Source: Gemmatimonadota bacterium
GTDB taxonomy: Bacteria > Gemmatimonadota > Gemmatimonadetes > Palauibacterales > Palauibacteraceae
Direction: 5' to 3'
DNA length: 64,000 nt
NCBI GenBank assembly: GCA_039584685.1
Contig: JBDGXI010000007.1
Coordinates: 6,135 to 70,134, forward strand
The position numbers were made by a program, and so were the translations under genes. This document shows, piece by piece, positions 11,282 to 20,427 of the stretch. Numbering within the stretch: position 1 is the first letter of the stretch; every line of letters starts with the position of its first letter. The notes under the pieces are model-generated. The model worked only from the letters and a program-made list of their open reading frames with translations, was not told the origin of the DNA and made no database searches.

Positions 11282-12310
11282 ATGACCGCATATACAGTGC
11301 AGCAGCTCGCGGACCTGGTCGCCGGAACCGTAGAAGGCGACCCGTCCCGGCGCGTCGAGGGCGTCGCCTCGGTAGACCGGGCGGGCCCGACGGACTTGAC
11401 GTTCGTGATGAACAAGCGCTATGCACGCCGTCTGAGGGAGGGGGCCGCGGGGGCCTGTCTGGTGACCCCCGACCTCGACCTGGATGCGAACGGGACGGTG
11501 TGCATCAGAGTCGAGAACCCGGAGCTGGCGTTCACTCGGCTTCTCGATGTGTTCCATCCGGAGCGTCGACCCGATCCCGGAATCCACCCCACGGCGATCA
11601 TCGGGCGCGGTACGCGCATCGGGAGTGGTGCGTCCGTGGGTCCGTACGTCACTATCGGCGATAATTCTGTGATCGGGGGCGGAAGTCGGATAGGTCCGCA
11701 CACCCACATCGATGACGACGTGGTGATCGGACAGGATTGTCGCGTCGGGCCTGGTTGCACCATCCTGCACGATACCAGAGTCGGAGATCGGGTGCGCTTG
11801 TACACGGGCGTGCGACTGGGAGTAGACGGGTTCGGCTATACGCCGGGTGCCAGCGGGCTCACCCGCATTCCGCAGGTCGGCCGCTGCCTGATCGATGATG
11901 ATGTCGAGATCGGCGCCAACAGCACCGTGGACCGGGGGGCCCTCGGCGACACGGTCATCGGGCGGGGAACCAAGATCGACAACCTGGTGCACGTGGCGCA
12001 CAATGTGACCATAGGCGAAGACTGCGTAGTGGTCGCGCAGGTAGGCATCGCGGGCAGCGTGGAAGTCGGGACCGGCTCGCAGCTCGGGGGGCAGGCAGGT
12101 ATCGCGGGCCACCTCACGATTGGCCGGGGCGCGAGGATCGGCGCGCAGGCGGGTGTAATTGGAGACGTGCCTGCGGGTGGCGTCTATTCAGGCTATCCGG
12201 CCCGTCCTCACCGGGAAGCGCTTCGGGCGAGTGCGGGCTCGCTTCGCCTGCACGAGGTTCTCCGCCGCCTCACGGAGCTCGAGCGGCGCCTCGAAGGGGA
12301 GGGCGAATGA
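11282..12310 (+). CDS. lpxD: UDP-3-O-acylglucosamine N-acyltransferase
   Basis: Left-handed beta-helix hexapeptide repeats, N-terminal UDP-binding domain (YTVQQLADLV); position after skp. Confidence 0.85.
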   Translation: MTAYTVQQLADLVAGTVEGDPSRRVEGVASVDRAGPTDLTFVMNKRYARRLREGAAGACLVTPDLDLDANGTVCIRVENPELAFTRLLDVFHPERRPDPGIHPTAIIGRGTRIGSGASVGPYVTIGDNSVIGGGSRIGPHTHIDDDVVIGQDCRVGPGCTILHDTRVGDRVRLYTGVRLGVDGFGYTPGASGLTRIPQVGRCLIDDDVEIGANSTVDRGALGDTVIGRGTKIDNLVHVAHNVTIGEDCVVVAQVGIAGSVEVGTGSQLGGQAGIAGHLTIGRGARIGAQAGVIGDVPAGGVYSGYPARPHREALRASAGSLRLHEVLRRLTELERRLEGEGE

Positions 12311-13608
12311 ACGAGTCCGGTGGGCGGGCGCAGCGAACCCTCGGCGCAGAGGTGAGCCTCGAGGGAACGGGGCTGCACACGGGCAGTCCCGTGCGGGCTA
12401 CCCTGAAGCCCGCAGGTCCTGGAACGGGCGTGGTCTTTCGCCGAATCGATCTTGAGGACCGTCCTCTCCTCGACGCGACAGTCGACAGTGTCGCAGGTAC
12501 GTCGTGGGAAACGGTGCTGGGGCAGGGAGAGGCGCGGGTGGGAACCATCGAGCACCTTCTCGCGCCTCTGACCGTCTTCGGAATCGACAACCTCGAGATC
12601 CTGCTCGAAGGTCCCGAGCCGCCCGCCCTCGATGGCAGCGGTCGGGACTGGTGCGCGTTGATTCGGGAGGCGGGGGTCAGGGAGCAGGAGGGCTCCCATG
12701 CGACGACGGTCACGGTCCAGGAACCTTTCATGGTTCGGGAGGGCGACTCGACGTATACGGTCGCACCGCATGACGGCTATCGGGTCACCGCCGTGATAGA
12801 CTTCGAACACCCCGCTATCGGCAGACAGTCGGTGACGGTCGAGATCGAGCCCGAGAGCTTCTGCGGCGAGATCGCTCCGGCGCGAACATTCGGCCTCGAG
12901 AGCTGGAGGGAGATGCTCCACGCGAGGGGCCTGGCACTCGGGGCTACGTTCGAGAATACGATCGTCGCGACGGAGGACGGTCTCGCGGAAGGCACTGAGC
13001 TCAGATTCCCCGATGAGTTCGTGCGGCACAAGATTCTGGATCTCGTGGGAGATCTGGCGCTGGTCGGAGCTTCGATCCGTGGACACATCATCGCGGACAG
13101 GCCGAGCCACCGCGGGAACGTGGCCGTGGCTCGTCGCCTGCGGAACATGCTTGCCCGCAGCCAGGACGGTGGCCCGATCCTCGACATCAATCGAATCCTG
13201 GAATACATACCGCACCGGTATCCATTCCTTCTTATCGACCGTGTCCTGGAGTTCGAAGGCGGAAAGCGGATTCTGGGGTTGAAGAACGTCACGATCAATG
13301 AACCGTTCTTCCAGGGCCACTTCCCGGAGCATCCGATCATGCCGGGCGTCCTGATCGTCGAGGCTATGGCGCAGGCCGGGGGACTACTTCTGATGAACGA
13401 ATTCGACGACCCGCAGTCGAAGGTCGTCTACTTCATGTCCCTCGATGACGTCAAGTTCCGTCGCCCCGTAACGCCGGGCGACCAGCTTCTGTTCGAGCTC
13501 CGGATGCTTCAACTCAGAGGACGCACCTGTCGAATGCAGGGCGAGACCCGCGTCGGAGGCGACGTGGTTGCCGAAGCCACCATGATGGCGAGAGTTATGG
13601 ACAAATGA
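12307..13608 (+). CDS. lpxC: Bifunctional UDP-3-O-acyl-GlcNAc deacetylase / 3-hydroxyacyl-ACP dehydratase (LpxC-FabZ fusion)
   Basis: N-terminal ~300 aa LpxC fold, then FabZ hot-dog domain ([11 protein letters not shown]...[18 protein letters not shown]) in one uninterrupted frame. Confidence 0.85.
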   Translation: MNESGGRAQRTLGAEVSLEGTGLHTGSPVRATLKPAGPGTGVVFRRIDLEDRPLLDATVDSVAGTSWETVLGQGEARVGTIEHLLAPLTVFGIDNLEILLEGPEPPALDGSGRDWCALIREAGVREQEGSHATTVTVQEPFMVREGDSTYTVAPHDGYRVTAVIDFEHPAIGRQSVTVEIEPESFCGEIAPARTFGLESWREMLHARGLALGATFENTIVATEDGLAEGTELRFPDEFVRHKILDLVGDLALVGASIRGHIIADRPSHRGNVAVARRLRNMLARSQDGGPILDINRILEYIPHRYPFLLIDRVLEFEGGKRILGLKNVTINEPFFQGHFPEHPIMPGVLIVEAMAQAGGLLLMNEFDDPQSKVVYFMSLDDVKFRRPVTPGDQLLFELRMLQLRGRTCRMQGETRVGGDVVAEATMMARVMDK

Positions 13609-14402
13609 CCCACCAGCAGACCGCCGACCTCCAATCGATTCACGTAACGGCCATTGTACATCCCGAAGCTCAGATTCCGGAGTCCACATCGGTGGGCCCG
13701 TATTCGATCATCGGCCCTGGGGTCACGATCGGGGAACGAGTGACCATTGGCTCGCACGTGCTCATCGAGCGGGACACTTCGGTGGGTGACGACACCCAGA
13801 TCTTCAAGGGAGCCGTTCTCGGCACCGATCCGCAGGATCTGAAATACGCCGGCGAGGCGACCACACTCGCCGTGGGAGACCGGACGACGATTCGGGAGTA
13901 CGCCACGCTGAATCGCGGCACGAGTGACTCGGGAACGACGGTGGTCGGAGACGATTGCCTCATCATGGCATACGCCCATGTCTCGCACGATTCACGAGTG
14001 GGCAACCACGTGATACTGGCGAATTCCGTGAATATGGGCGGGCACGTGATCATCGAGGATTGGGCGATAGTCGGCGGAGTGACTGCCGTCCATCAATTCG
14101 TGCGCATCGGGTGTCACTCGTTTGTCGGAGGCGGCTCGAGGCTGCCCCAGGACGTAGCTCCGTACGTGATGGTCGCTGGCAGTCCGTGTGCTGCCTACGG
14201 CCTGAATGTCGTCGGCCTCAGGCGGAGGGGATTCCAGAGGGCGGCGATCCGACAAATCAGGGAAGCCTACCGCCTCGTGTTTCAATCGTCCCTGAACGTT
14301 TCCCAGGCCCTCGATCAACTCGAGGCGCGGGATGACCTCCTCCCCGAGGTCGAACATATGATCTCGTTCATCCGCTCGAGCGAGCGCGGCATCACGACAT
14401 GA
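13605..14402 (+). CDS. lpxA: Acyl-ACP--UDP-N-acetylglucosamine O-acyltransferase
   Basis: Hexapeptide-repeat beta-helix plus C-terminal helical domain; ATGA overlap with lpxC-fabZ. Confidence 0.85.
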   Translation: MTHQQTADLQSIHVTAIVHPEAQIPESTSVGPYSIIGPGVTIGERVTIGSHVLIERDTSVGDDTQIFKGAVLGTDPQDLKYAGEATTLAVGDRTTIREYATLNRGTSDSGTTVVGDDCLIMAYAHVSHDSRVGNHVILANSVNMGGHVIIEDWAIVGGVTAVHQFVRIGCHSFVGGGSRLPQDVAPYVMVAGSPCAAYGLNVVGLRRRGFQRAAIRQIREAYRLVFQSSLNVSQALDQLEARDDLLPEVEHMISFIRSSERGITT

Positions 14403-15403
14403 ACCCCCTGCGGGTCGGAGTGCTCGGGGTGGGCCGTCTCGGGTCGGCGCACGCACGGATCGTTGGCGAAATCCCGGACTGCGAGCTCGTTGGCGTGTCG
14501 GACATCGACGCCGAGCAGGCCCGGAACGTCGCGAGTCGGCTGTCCGTGGAGGTGCTCGATGCATCTGATCTGGCCAACCGGTGTGATGCGGTGGTCGTCG
14601 CCGTCACCACGTCCGCCCACCATTCGGTCGCTCGCATGGCGCTCGAAGCCGGCTGCCATGTTCTGGTTGAGAAGCCGCTCACTCCGACTCTGGCTGAAGC
14701 AGACGACCTGGTCCAAACAGCGGACCGACTGGGCCTATTCCTGGCCGTCGGTCATGTCGAACGTTTCAACTCGGCCATCCGCGAGCTTCGCCCGCACTTG
14801 CGAGACCCCCGGTACATAGCATCGCAGCGCCTCGCTGTATTCCAGCCTCGCGGAACTGACGTTCCGGTGATGCTGGATCTGATGATCCACGATATCGACC
14901 TGGTCCTCGGTCTTGTCGACAGTCCGGTCGAGTCCGTTGATGCGGTGGGTATTCCCGTACTGACCGACTCGGTTGACATGGCGAGCGCCCGGATTCGATT
15001 CGCCAACGGCGCGTGCGCCGACATCAGCGCGAGCCGGGTCTCCACCGAACGCACCCGGGCCCTGAGGCTGTTCCAGCCGTCTGGCTACTTCAGCCTCGAC
15101 CTGGCGAGCGGGGAAGGCGAGTATCTTCGACGGCGTGACGGGATAGAGTTGGAGGATCTCGCCCGAAGGCGTGACTTCGGGCAAGTGTCTCTGGCGGACA
15201 TCGTGGAGCGCGTGCCCATTCGTGGAGATGGCGCCGAACCGCTTCGCCTGGAGCTGGAAGCGTTCCTCAGCGCGGTGCGCGGGACGGGAGGCGCGAGCGT
15301 ATCGGCGGCCGAAGGACGAGCAGCTCTGGAGATAGCCCTGCGAATCGAGAACGAGATCGAGGGATCGGCCTATGTCTCTGCACAAGATCCGCGAGGAACG
15401 TAA
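14399..15403 (+). CDS. Gfo/Idh/MocA-family NAD(P)-dependent oxidoreductase embedded in the lpx cluster (GnnA-like candidate)
   Basis: N-terminal Rossmann motif VGVLGVGRLGSAH, Gfo/Idh/MocA C-terminal alpha/beta domain; 4-nt overlap with lpxA. Confidence 0.7.
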   Translation: MNPLRVGVLGVGRLGSAHARIVGEIPDCELVGVSDIDAEQARNVASRLSVEVLDASDLANRCDAVVVAVTTSAHHSVARMALEAGCHVLVEKPLTPTLAEADDLVQTADRLGLFLAVGHVERFNSAIRELRPHLRDPRYIASQRLAVFQPRGTDVPVMLDLMIHDIDLVLGLVDSPVESVDAVGIPVLTDSVDMASARIRFANGACADISASRVSTERTRALRLFQPSGYFSLDLASGEGEYLRRRDGIELEDLARRRDFGQVSLADIVERVPIRGDGAEPLRLELEAFLSAVRGTGGASVSAAEGRAALEIALRIENEIEGSAYVSAQDPRGT

Positions 15404-15506
15404 GAAGCTGGGATCCGGGGCCAAGCGTGGTCCGCGGACCGTGACCCTCGTGATCCTCCTGATCCTGGTGATTCTGCTTATGGGCTACCTGAATCGGTTT
15501 GTCTAG
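15372..15506 (+). CDS. Candidate 44-aa single-pass membrane protein (MSLHKIREERKKLGSGAKRGPRTVTLVILLILVILLMGYLNRFV)
   Basis: ATG 15372 with GAGGGA 9 nt upstream; basic N-terminus then one hydrophobic helix; high GC3; overlaps upstream gene by 32 nt and lpxB start by 8 nt; below the ORF-track length cutoff. Confidence 0.3.
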   Translation: MSLHKIREERKKLGSGAKRGPRTVTLVILLILVILLMGYLNRFV

Positions 15507-16605
15507 CCGAGCGGTCTTTCTGGCGGCGGGCGAACAGTCGGGTGACCTGCACGGCGCGGAACTCGCCCGGGAGCTGAAGCTGCGCATGCCGGACGTGCGC
15601 CTGTACGGCCTGGGCGGGAGCTTGATGGCCGCGGAGGGCGTCGAGCTGCTGGCCGATCTGGATCGGCTGGCGGTCCTGGGCTTCTCAGAGGTCGTGCGCC
15701 ACCTGCCCGACCTCGCGAGACTGCGGAGGGAGGTCCGGCGCTTCCTGATCGAGAACGCCATCGATCTCCTCGTGCCGATCGACTACCCAGGGTTCAACCT
15801 GCCCCTGGCGAGGTTCGCTCGCCGCAATGGAATCCGCGTTCTCTACTACATTGCCCCGCAGGTCTGGGCATGGCACGAATCCCGGGCTCGAAAGCTGGGT
15901 GAAGACGCAGACCTCGTATGTGTCGTCCTTCCCTTCGAAGCCGAGCGACTCGACCGCTGGGGGGTGCGCACCCGCTTCGTGGGTCACCCTCTCCTGGATC
16001 GTGCTACTTCCTCGGCACCGACGGTGGAGGATCCAAAGCATCCCCGGCTGGGGATCTTCCCCGGCTCCCGAGTGCAGGAGGTGAGGCGCCTGCTTCCCAC
16101 ATTCCTCGAGGCCGGGCACATGCTTTGCGACCGTTTGCCTGACCTCGAGATCCAGGTGGCGCAGGCACGGGACCTTCCTGCCGACACGTACCAAGGTCTG
16201 GGCGATGCGCGACTGGTAGATCCAGCGACGGCGCTGCGCACGGCGGACGCGGCGATCACGAAATCCGGCACCATCACTCTGCAACTGGCGTTGGCCGGGG
16301 TCCCCATGGTGGTGGCGTACAGGGTGAGTCCGATCACCTATACGATCGCGCGCCGCCTGGTCAGAGTCGACCACATATCGCTTGTCAATCTGGTCGCCGG
16401 ACGGCGGGTCGTTCCCGAGTTCATCCAGGGCGAAGCGACCCCGACCGCTATCGCCGCACGCGTGGCGAGCCTGCTCGACCCGGAGGCGCGCGAGCGATGC
16501 GAGCAGGTGGAGGGTCTGGGGGAGGTGCGAGATCGTCTCGGGGCTCCCGGCGCAGCCGGGAGGGTCGCGGATGAGTGCGTTCTCCTGCTGTCGGGACGGA
16601 GCTGA
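15499..16605 (+). CDS. lpxB: Lipid-A-disaccharide synthase
   Basis: GT19 family motifs (FLAAGEQSGDLHGAEL, VLYYIAPQVWAW); TTG start. Confidence 0.85.
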   Translation: MSSRAVFLAAGEQSGDLHGAELARELKLRMPDVRLYGLGGSLMAAEGVELLADLDRLAVLGFSEVVRHLPDLARLRREVRRFLIENAIDLLVPIDYPGFNLPLARFARRNGIRVLYYIAPQVWAWHESRARKLGEDADLVCVVLPFEAERLDRWGVRTRFVGHPLLDRATSSAPTVEDPKHPRLGIFPGSRVQEVRRLLPTFLEAGHMLCDRLPDLEIQVAQARDLPADTYQGLGDARLVDPATALRTADAAITKSGTITLQLALAGVPMVVAYRVSPITYTIARRLVRVDHISLVNLVAGRRVVPEFIQGEATPTAIAARVASLLDPEARERCEQVEGLGEVRDRLGAPGAAGRVADECVLLLSGRS

Positions 16606-16607
16606 CC

Positions 16608-17273
16608 GTGAAGCCCGACCCCGCTCTGCTGGCCGCCACACACCTGGGGCCCCACTTCCTGACCGCCCTCGGGCGCTCCTGGCGGTTCCGCCAGGTCGAC
16701 GCGAAGGGTGACCGCGTCGATACCCGCCACCGGGCCGGGGCTGCGATCTACGCCCTGTGGCATTCCCAGCAGCTGCCTCTCACGCTCAGGCACCGAAATG
16801 AGAACGTCGCGGTCATCGTCAGCCAGCACCGGGACGGAGAGATCATCTCCCGCATGGTCCGGGGTATCGGCTACCGCACGATCCGCGGTTCGAGTACGCG
16901 CGGCGGATCTGCCGCTCTTCACGAATTCGTGCGAGCAGCCTCGGAAGGACACCCTCTGGCGATTACCACGGACGGCCCCCAGGGGCCGGCCCGGCAATGC
17001 AAACCGGGAGCGATCCTGGCCGCGTCTCGGACCGGCCTGCCGATCGTGCCGGCGGCGGCGGCTCCGGTCCGAGCGTGGACGTTCGACAGCTGGGACCGGT
17101 TCTGCCTGCCGAGGCCCGGGTCGATCGTCTATCTGACGTACGGGGACCCGATCGCCGTCCCCTCGGACCTGACTGACGAGTCAGTCGCCGAATGGCGGAT
17201 CAGGGTCGCCCTGTCTCAACAGGAAGCCACGGAAGTGGTCGAGAAGGCCGCGGCGCGGGCGAGGAACGAGTAA
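16608..17273 (+). CDS. DUF374-family protein (lysophospholipid-acyltransferase-like, often linked to Kdo transferase)
   Basis: GTG 16608 three nt after lpxB stop; translation matches DUF374 pattern (ALWHSQQL...HRDGEIISR...ITTDGPQGP). Confidence 0.6.
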   Translation: MKPDPALLAATHLGPHFLTALGRSWRFRQVDAKGDRVDTRHRAGAAIYALWHSQQLPLTLRHRNENVAVIVSQHRDGEIISRMVRGIGYRTIRGSSTRGGSAALHEFVRAASEGHPLAITTDGPQGPARQCKPGAILAASRTGLPIVPAAAAPVRAWTFDSWDRFCLPRPGSIVYLTYGDPIAVPSDLTDESVAEWRIRVALSQQEATEVVEKAAARARNE

Positions 17274-17274
17274 C

Positions 17275-18360
17275 TTGAATCCCGTCGCTGCGCTGGCTCG
17301 AAGCGTCGAGGCGCACGTACGACAGGCGTGGGCCGAGCGGCCGGGCGGAGCCCTGCGACTCGCCGCTGCCGGCTTCGCCACCGCAGCGGGAGTACGCAAC
17401 CTCCTGTACGATTCGGGAGTCCTGGCCAGTCGCCAGGCGCCGGTGCCGATCGTCTCGGTGGGGGGACTCACGGTCGGCGGATCGGGGAAGACCCCGATCA
17501 CGGCGGACATCGCTGCGCGGCTGAGCGCAGCGGGAATTCCGACGGCCGTCGTGACCCACGGCTTCGTGGACGAGATGGACGTGCATCGAAAGCTCTCTCC
17601 CGAGTGCCGGGTGTACGGAGGTTCGGATCGTCTGCAGTTGGCGACGATGGCAGCGGAGGAAGGGGCTCGGCTCGTCATCCTCGATTCCGGCTTCCAGCAC
17701 CGACGCCTGCACCGGGACCTGGACATCCTGGCAGTCGACGAGCGGACCCTCGGTCTCCGGCTGGCTCATCTCCCCGCGGGACCGTACCGGGAGGGCCTGG
17801 AGTCGTTGGCACGAGCCGACGTGGTCGTGAGGGTTAGACGTGACCTTCCGGAATCGGACGGGCCACGCGAGGCGATGTCGTCGGGGCCGGCCGCCGGTCG
17901 ATCTCTGGCGGACCGTCTGGCTGAGCTACCCGGATCGCCGCCTTTCGTGGCGGCCCGCATTCGACCGGGCTCCGTGGTGGCCGCGAACGAGGCCGCTCGA
18001 GGCGTGCCTGACCCTACCCCGGCCCTCGCCGTGGCGGGCATCATGTGGCCCGAGGTATTCTTTGCGCAGGCGAAGATGGCCACCGCGAGCGTGCGCGAGT
18101 CCGTAGCCCTTGCCGATCATGCTCGCTTCGGAGATGCCCTGGCCGACTTCCTGCGAAAGCGAGCCGGCGAGTCGGGAATCATCTGCACGCTCAAGGATGC
18201 GATGAAACTGGTGCGAGCAGTCGGCGACGACGTGCCCGTCTGGTACCTCTCTGAAGAGGTCGAGTGGGAGCGAGCGGACGCGACGCCGATCCCCGTCCGG
18301 GCGGCTCTGGCTCTCGTCTCCACGCAGGCTCACGACCCTGACCGCGAAGGCAAATCATGA
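17275..18360 (+). CDS. lpxK: Tetraacyldisaccharide 4'-kinase
   Basis: P-loop VGGLTVGGSGKTP, LpxK fold length; TTG start one nt after the previous stop. Confidence 0.8.
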   Translation: MNPVAALARSVEAHVRQAWAERPGGALRLAAAGFATAAGVRNLLYDSGVLASRQAPVPIVSVGGLTVGGSGKTPITADIAARLSAAGIPTAVVTHGFVDEMDVHRKLSPECRVYGGSDRLQLATMAAEEGARLVILDSGFQHRRLHRDLDILAVDERTLGLRLAHLPAGPYREGLESLARADVVVRVRRDLPESDGPREAMSSGPAAGRSLADRLAELPGSPPFVAARIRPGSVVAANEAARGVPDPTPALAVAGIMWPEVFFAQAKMATASVRESVALADHARFGDALADFLRKRAGESGIICTLKDAMKLVRAVGDDVPVWYLSEEVEWERADATPIPVRAALALVSTQAHDPDREGKS

Positions 18361-19937
18361 GCGCGCCCCAGAGAATGCGTACCGAGATTCTCGTCGTGGG
18401 ATCGGGAATCGCGGGCCTCACGTTCGCGCTCAAGGCATCGCGCTACGCAGACGTCCTGGTCGTTACAAAGAAGGAGCGACTCGAGTCGAACACGAACTAC
18501 GCGCAGGGAGGCGTGGCTGCCGTGTTTGCGCCCGACGACTCGCCCGAGCTGCATGTGGTCGACACGCTGGTCGCGGGAGCCGGGCTGTGTCATCGTCGCG
18601 CGGTGGAAGAGCTGGCGCGTGAGGGCCCCGAGCGAGTTCGGGAGCTCATCGACTGGGGCGTTCAGTTCAGCAGGGAAGACGGGCGCGTGGCCCTCGGCCG
18701 CGAGGCGGGACACAGCGTGAGGCGGATTCTCCATGCCGCGGACCTGACCGGCCAGGAGATAGAACGTGCACTTCTGGCGGCCGTAGCGGCGGAGCCGAGG
18801 ATTACTCTGCTGGAGGATCACTTCGTCTGGTCGCTGGCCACCGCTACAGACCCGACCGGGACCCGCGTTCGGTGCGCTGGCGCACTCGTCCTCGATGTGC
18901 ACGAGGCCTGCTGGAAGACGATCGACGCCAGGGCGGTGATGCTGGCGGCTGGAGGGACAGGATACCTGTATCGCCATACCACGAACCCGGACATCGCGAC
19001 AGGAGACGGTATCGCCCTGGGGTACGCGGCCGGCGCCGCCGTCGCGAACCTCGAGTTCGTCCAGTTCCACCCCACGGCCATGTACCCGGCCGAGGCGCGA
19101 GCCCAGCTCGTATCCGAAGCAGTTCGCGGCGAGGGCGCCGTGCTCCGGACGCGGGTGGGCAGAGAGTTCATGCCGGACTATCACCCGGCGGGCTCACTCG
19201 CCCCCCGTGACGTCGTGGCGCGGGCGTGCGACGCCGAAATGAAGAAGTCGGGTGACTCGTTCGTATTGCTCGATCTCACCTCTATCGCCCCCGACGTAGT
19301 CGAGCGGCGCTTTCCGAATATCGTTCGGGAGTGTTCTGAACGGGGAATCGACCTGCCGGGTGATCCCATTCCGGTCGTCCCGGCCGCACACTACCAGTGT
19401 GGAGGCCTGCTGGCAGACTGGGACGGGCGCACGTCACTCACCGGTCTGTACGCCGCCGGCGAGATCGCGTGCACGGGAGTACATGGGGCCAATAGACTTG
19501 CCTCGAACTCTCTGCTCGAAGCGGTGGTTTACGCGCACAGGGCTTCCGTCCGACTGGCCTCCGATCTTCGGACGCTCCCCGAGATTCCGGGGGCAGATTG
19601 GCGGCTTCCGAATCTCCGCACCGCCGGAGAGGACGCGGGCGACGTGGAACGACGGATCCGCGATCTCATGTGGGAAAACGTCGGTATCGTACGATCCGAC
19701 GATCGACTGGAGGCCGCCAGGGCAGAGATCGACCTTCTCTCCAGTCGATTCCTCGGCCGCGACGGCACGGGGCCGGGGGCCATGCATACGCGCCAGGTCG
19801 AGTTCATGCGCGACGTATCCGCGCTGGTCGTGCGGTGCGCCCAGCGGCGCCGCGAGAGTCGCGGCCTGCACTTCACCGAGAGTCATCCGCGGCGAGACAA
19901 CGAGCACTTCCTGAGAGACACGGTGCTGGCCCGATGA
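18357..19937 (+). CDS. nadB: L-aspartate oxidase
   Basis: FAD-binding GSGIAGL, flavoprotein oxidoreductase catalytic and capping domains, ~526 aa typical of NadB. Confidence 0.8.
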   Translation: MSAPQRMRTEILVVGSGIAGLTFALKASRYADVLVVTKKERLESNTNYAQGGVAAVFAPDDSPELHVVDTLVAGAGLCHRRAVEELAREGPERVRELIDWGVQFSREDGRVALGREAGHSVRRILHAADLTGQEIERALLAAVAAEPRITLLEDHFVWSLATATDPTGTRVRCAGALVLDVHEACWKTIDARAVMLAAGGTGYLYRHTTNPDIATGDGIALGYAAGAAVANLEFVQFHPTAMYPAEARAQLVSEAVRGEGAVLRTRVGREFMPDYHPAGSLAPRDVVARACDAEMKKSGDSFVLLDLTSIAPDVVERRFPNIVRECSERGIDLPGDPIPVVPAAHYQCGGLLADWDGRTSLTGLYAAGEIACTGVHGANRLASNSLLEAVVYAHRASVRLASDLRTLPEIPGADWRLPNLRTAGEDAGDVERRIRDLMWENVGIVRSDDRLEAARAEIDLLSSRFLGRDGTGPGAMHTRQVEFMRDVSALVVRCAQRRRESRGLHFTESHPRRDNEHFLRDTVLAR

Positions 19938-19953
19938 GCCGTGCAAGCGCTCG

Positions 19954-20427
19954 ATGAGATTGCTCGTGCTTGCCATAGGGACGCCCCGGGATCCTCACAT
20001 GGCCTCGCTGATCCGGGACTACGAATCCCGGGCCGGCCGGTATTTCCGTTTCGAAGCGTTCGAAGTGACGGCGGCGGCCGGAGGTGACTGCTCGGCCGCG
20101 CAGGTGCGGGCGCGAGAAGCGGAGAGCCTTCGAAAACGGCTACCCGCCGGGCTCAAGACCTGGGCCCTCACGCGAGATGGAACGGAAGCCAGTTCCCAGG
20201 ATCTGGCCGACATGCTCGCCAACATGGCGACCTACAGTCACCCGGGCGTCGCGTTCTTGATTGGAGGGGCGTTCGGACTGGACCCAGTGCTGGTTCGCGA
20301 GTGCTCTCGGCGAATCTCGCTCTCTCGCATGACCTTGCCTCACGACATGGCGCGGCTCGTACTTACCGAGCAGATCTATCGTGCCGGCACGATCGCGCGC
20401 GGGCAGCCGTATCACAAAGGAGGATGA
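19954..20427 (+). CDS. rlmH: 23S rRNA (pseudouridine1915-N3)-methyltransferase RlmH (SPOUT)
   Basis: 157 aa, SPOUT knot region (VAFLIGGAFGL...TLPH). Confidence 0.8.
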   Translation: MRLLVLAIGTPRDPHMASLIRDYESRAGRYFRFEAFEVTAAAGGDCSAAQVRAREAESLRKRLPAGLKTWALTRDGTEASSQDLADMLANMATYSHPGVAFLIGGAFGLDPVLVRECSRRISLSRMTLPHDMARLVLTEQIYRAGTIARGQPYHKGG

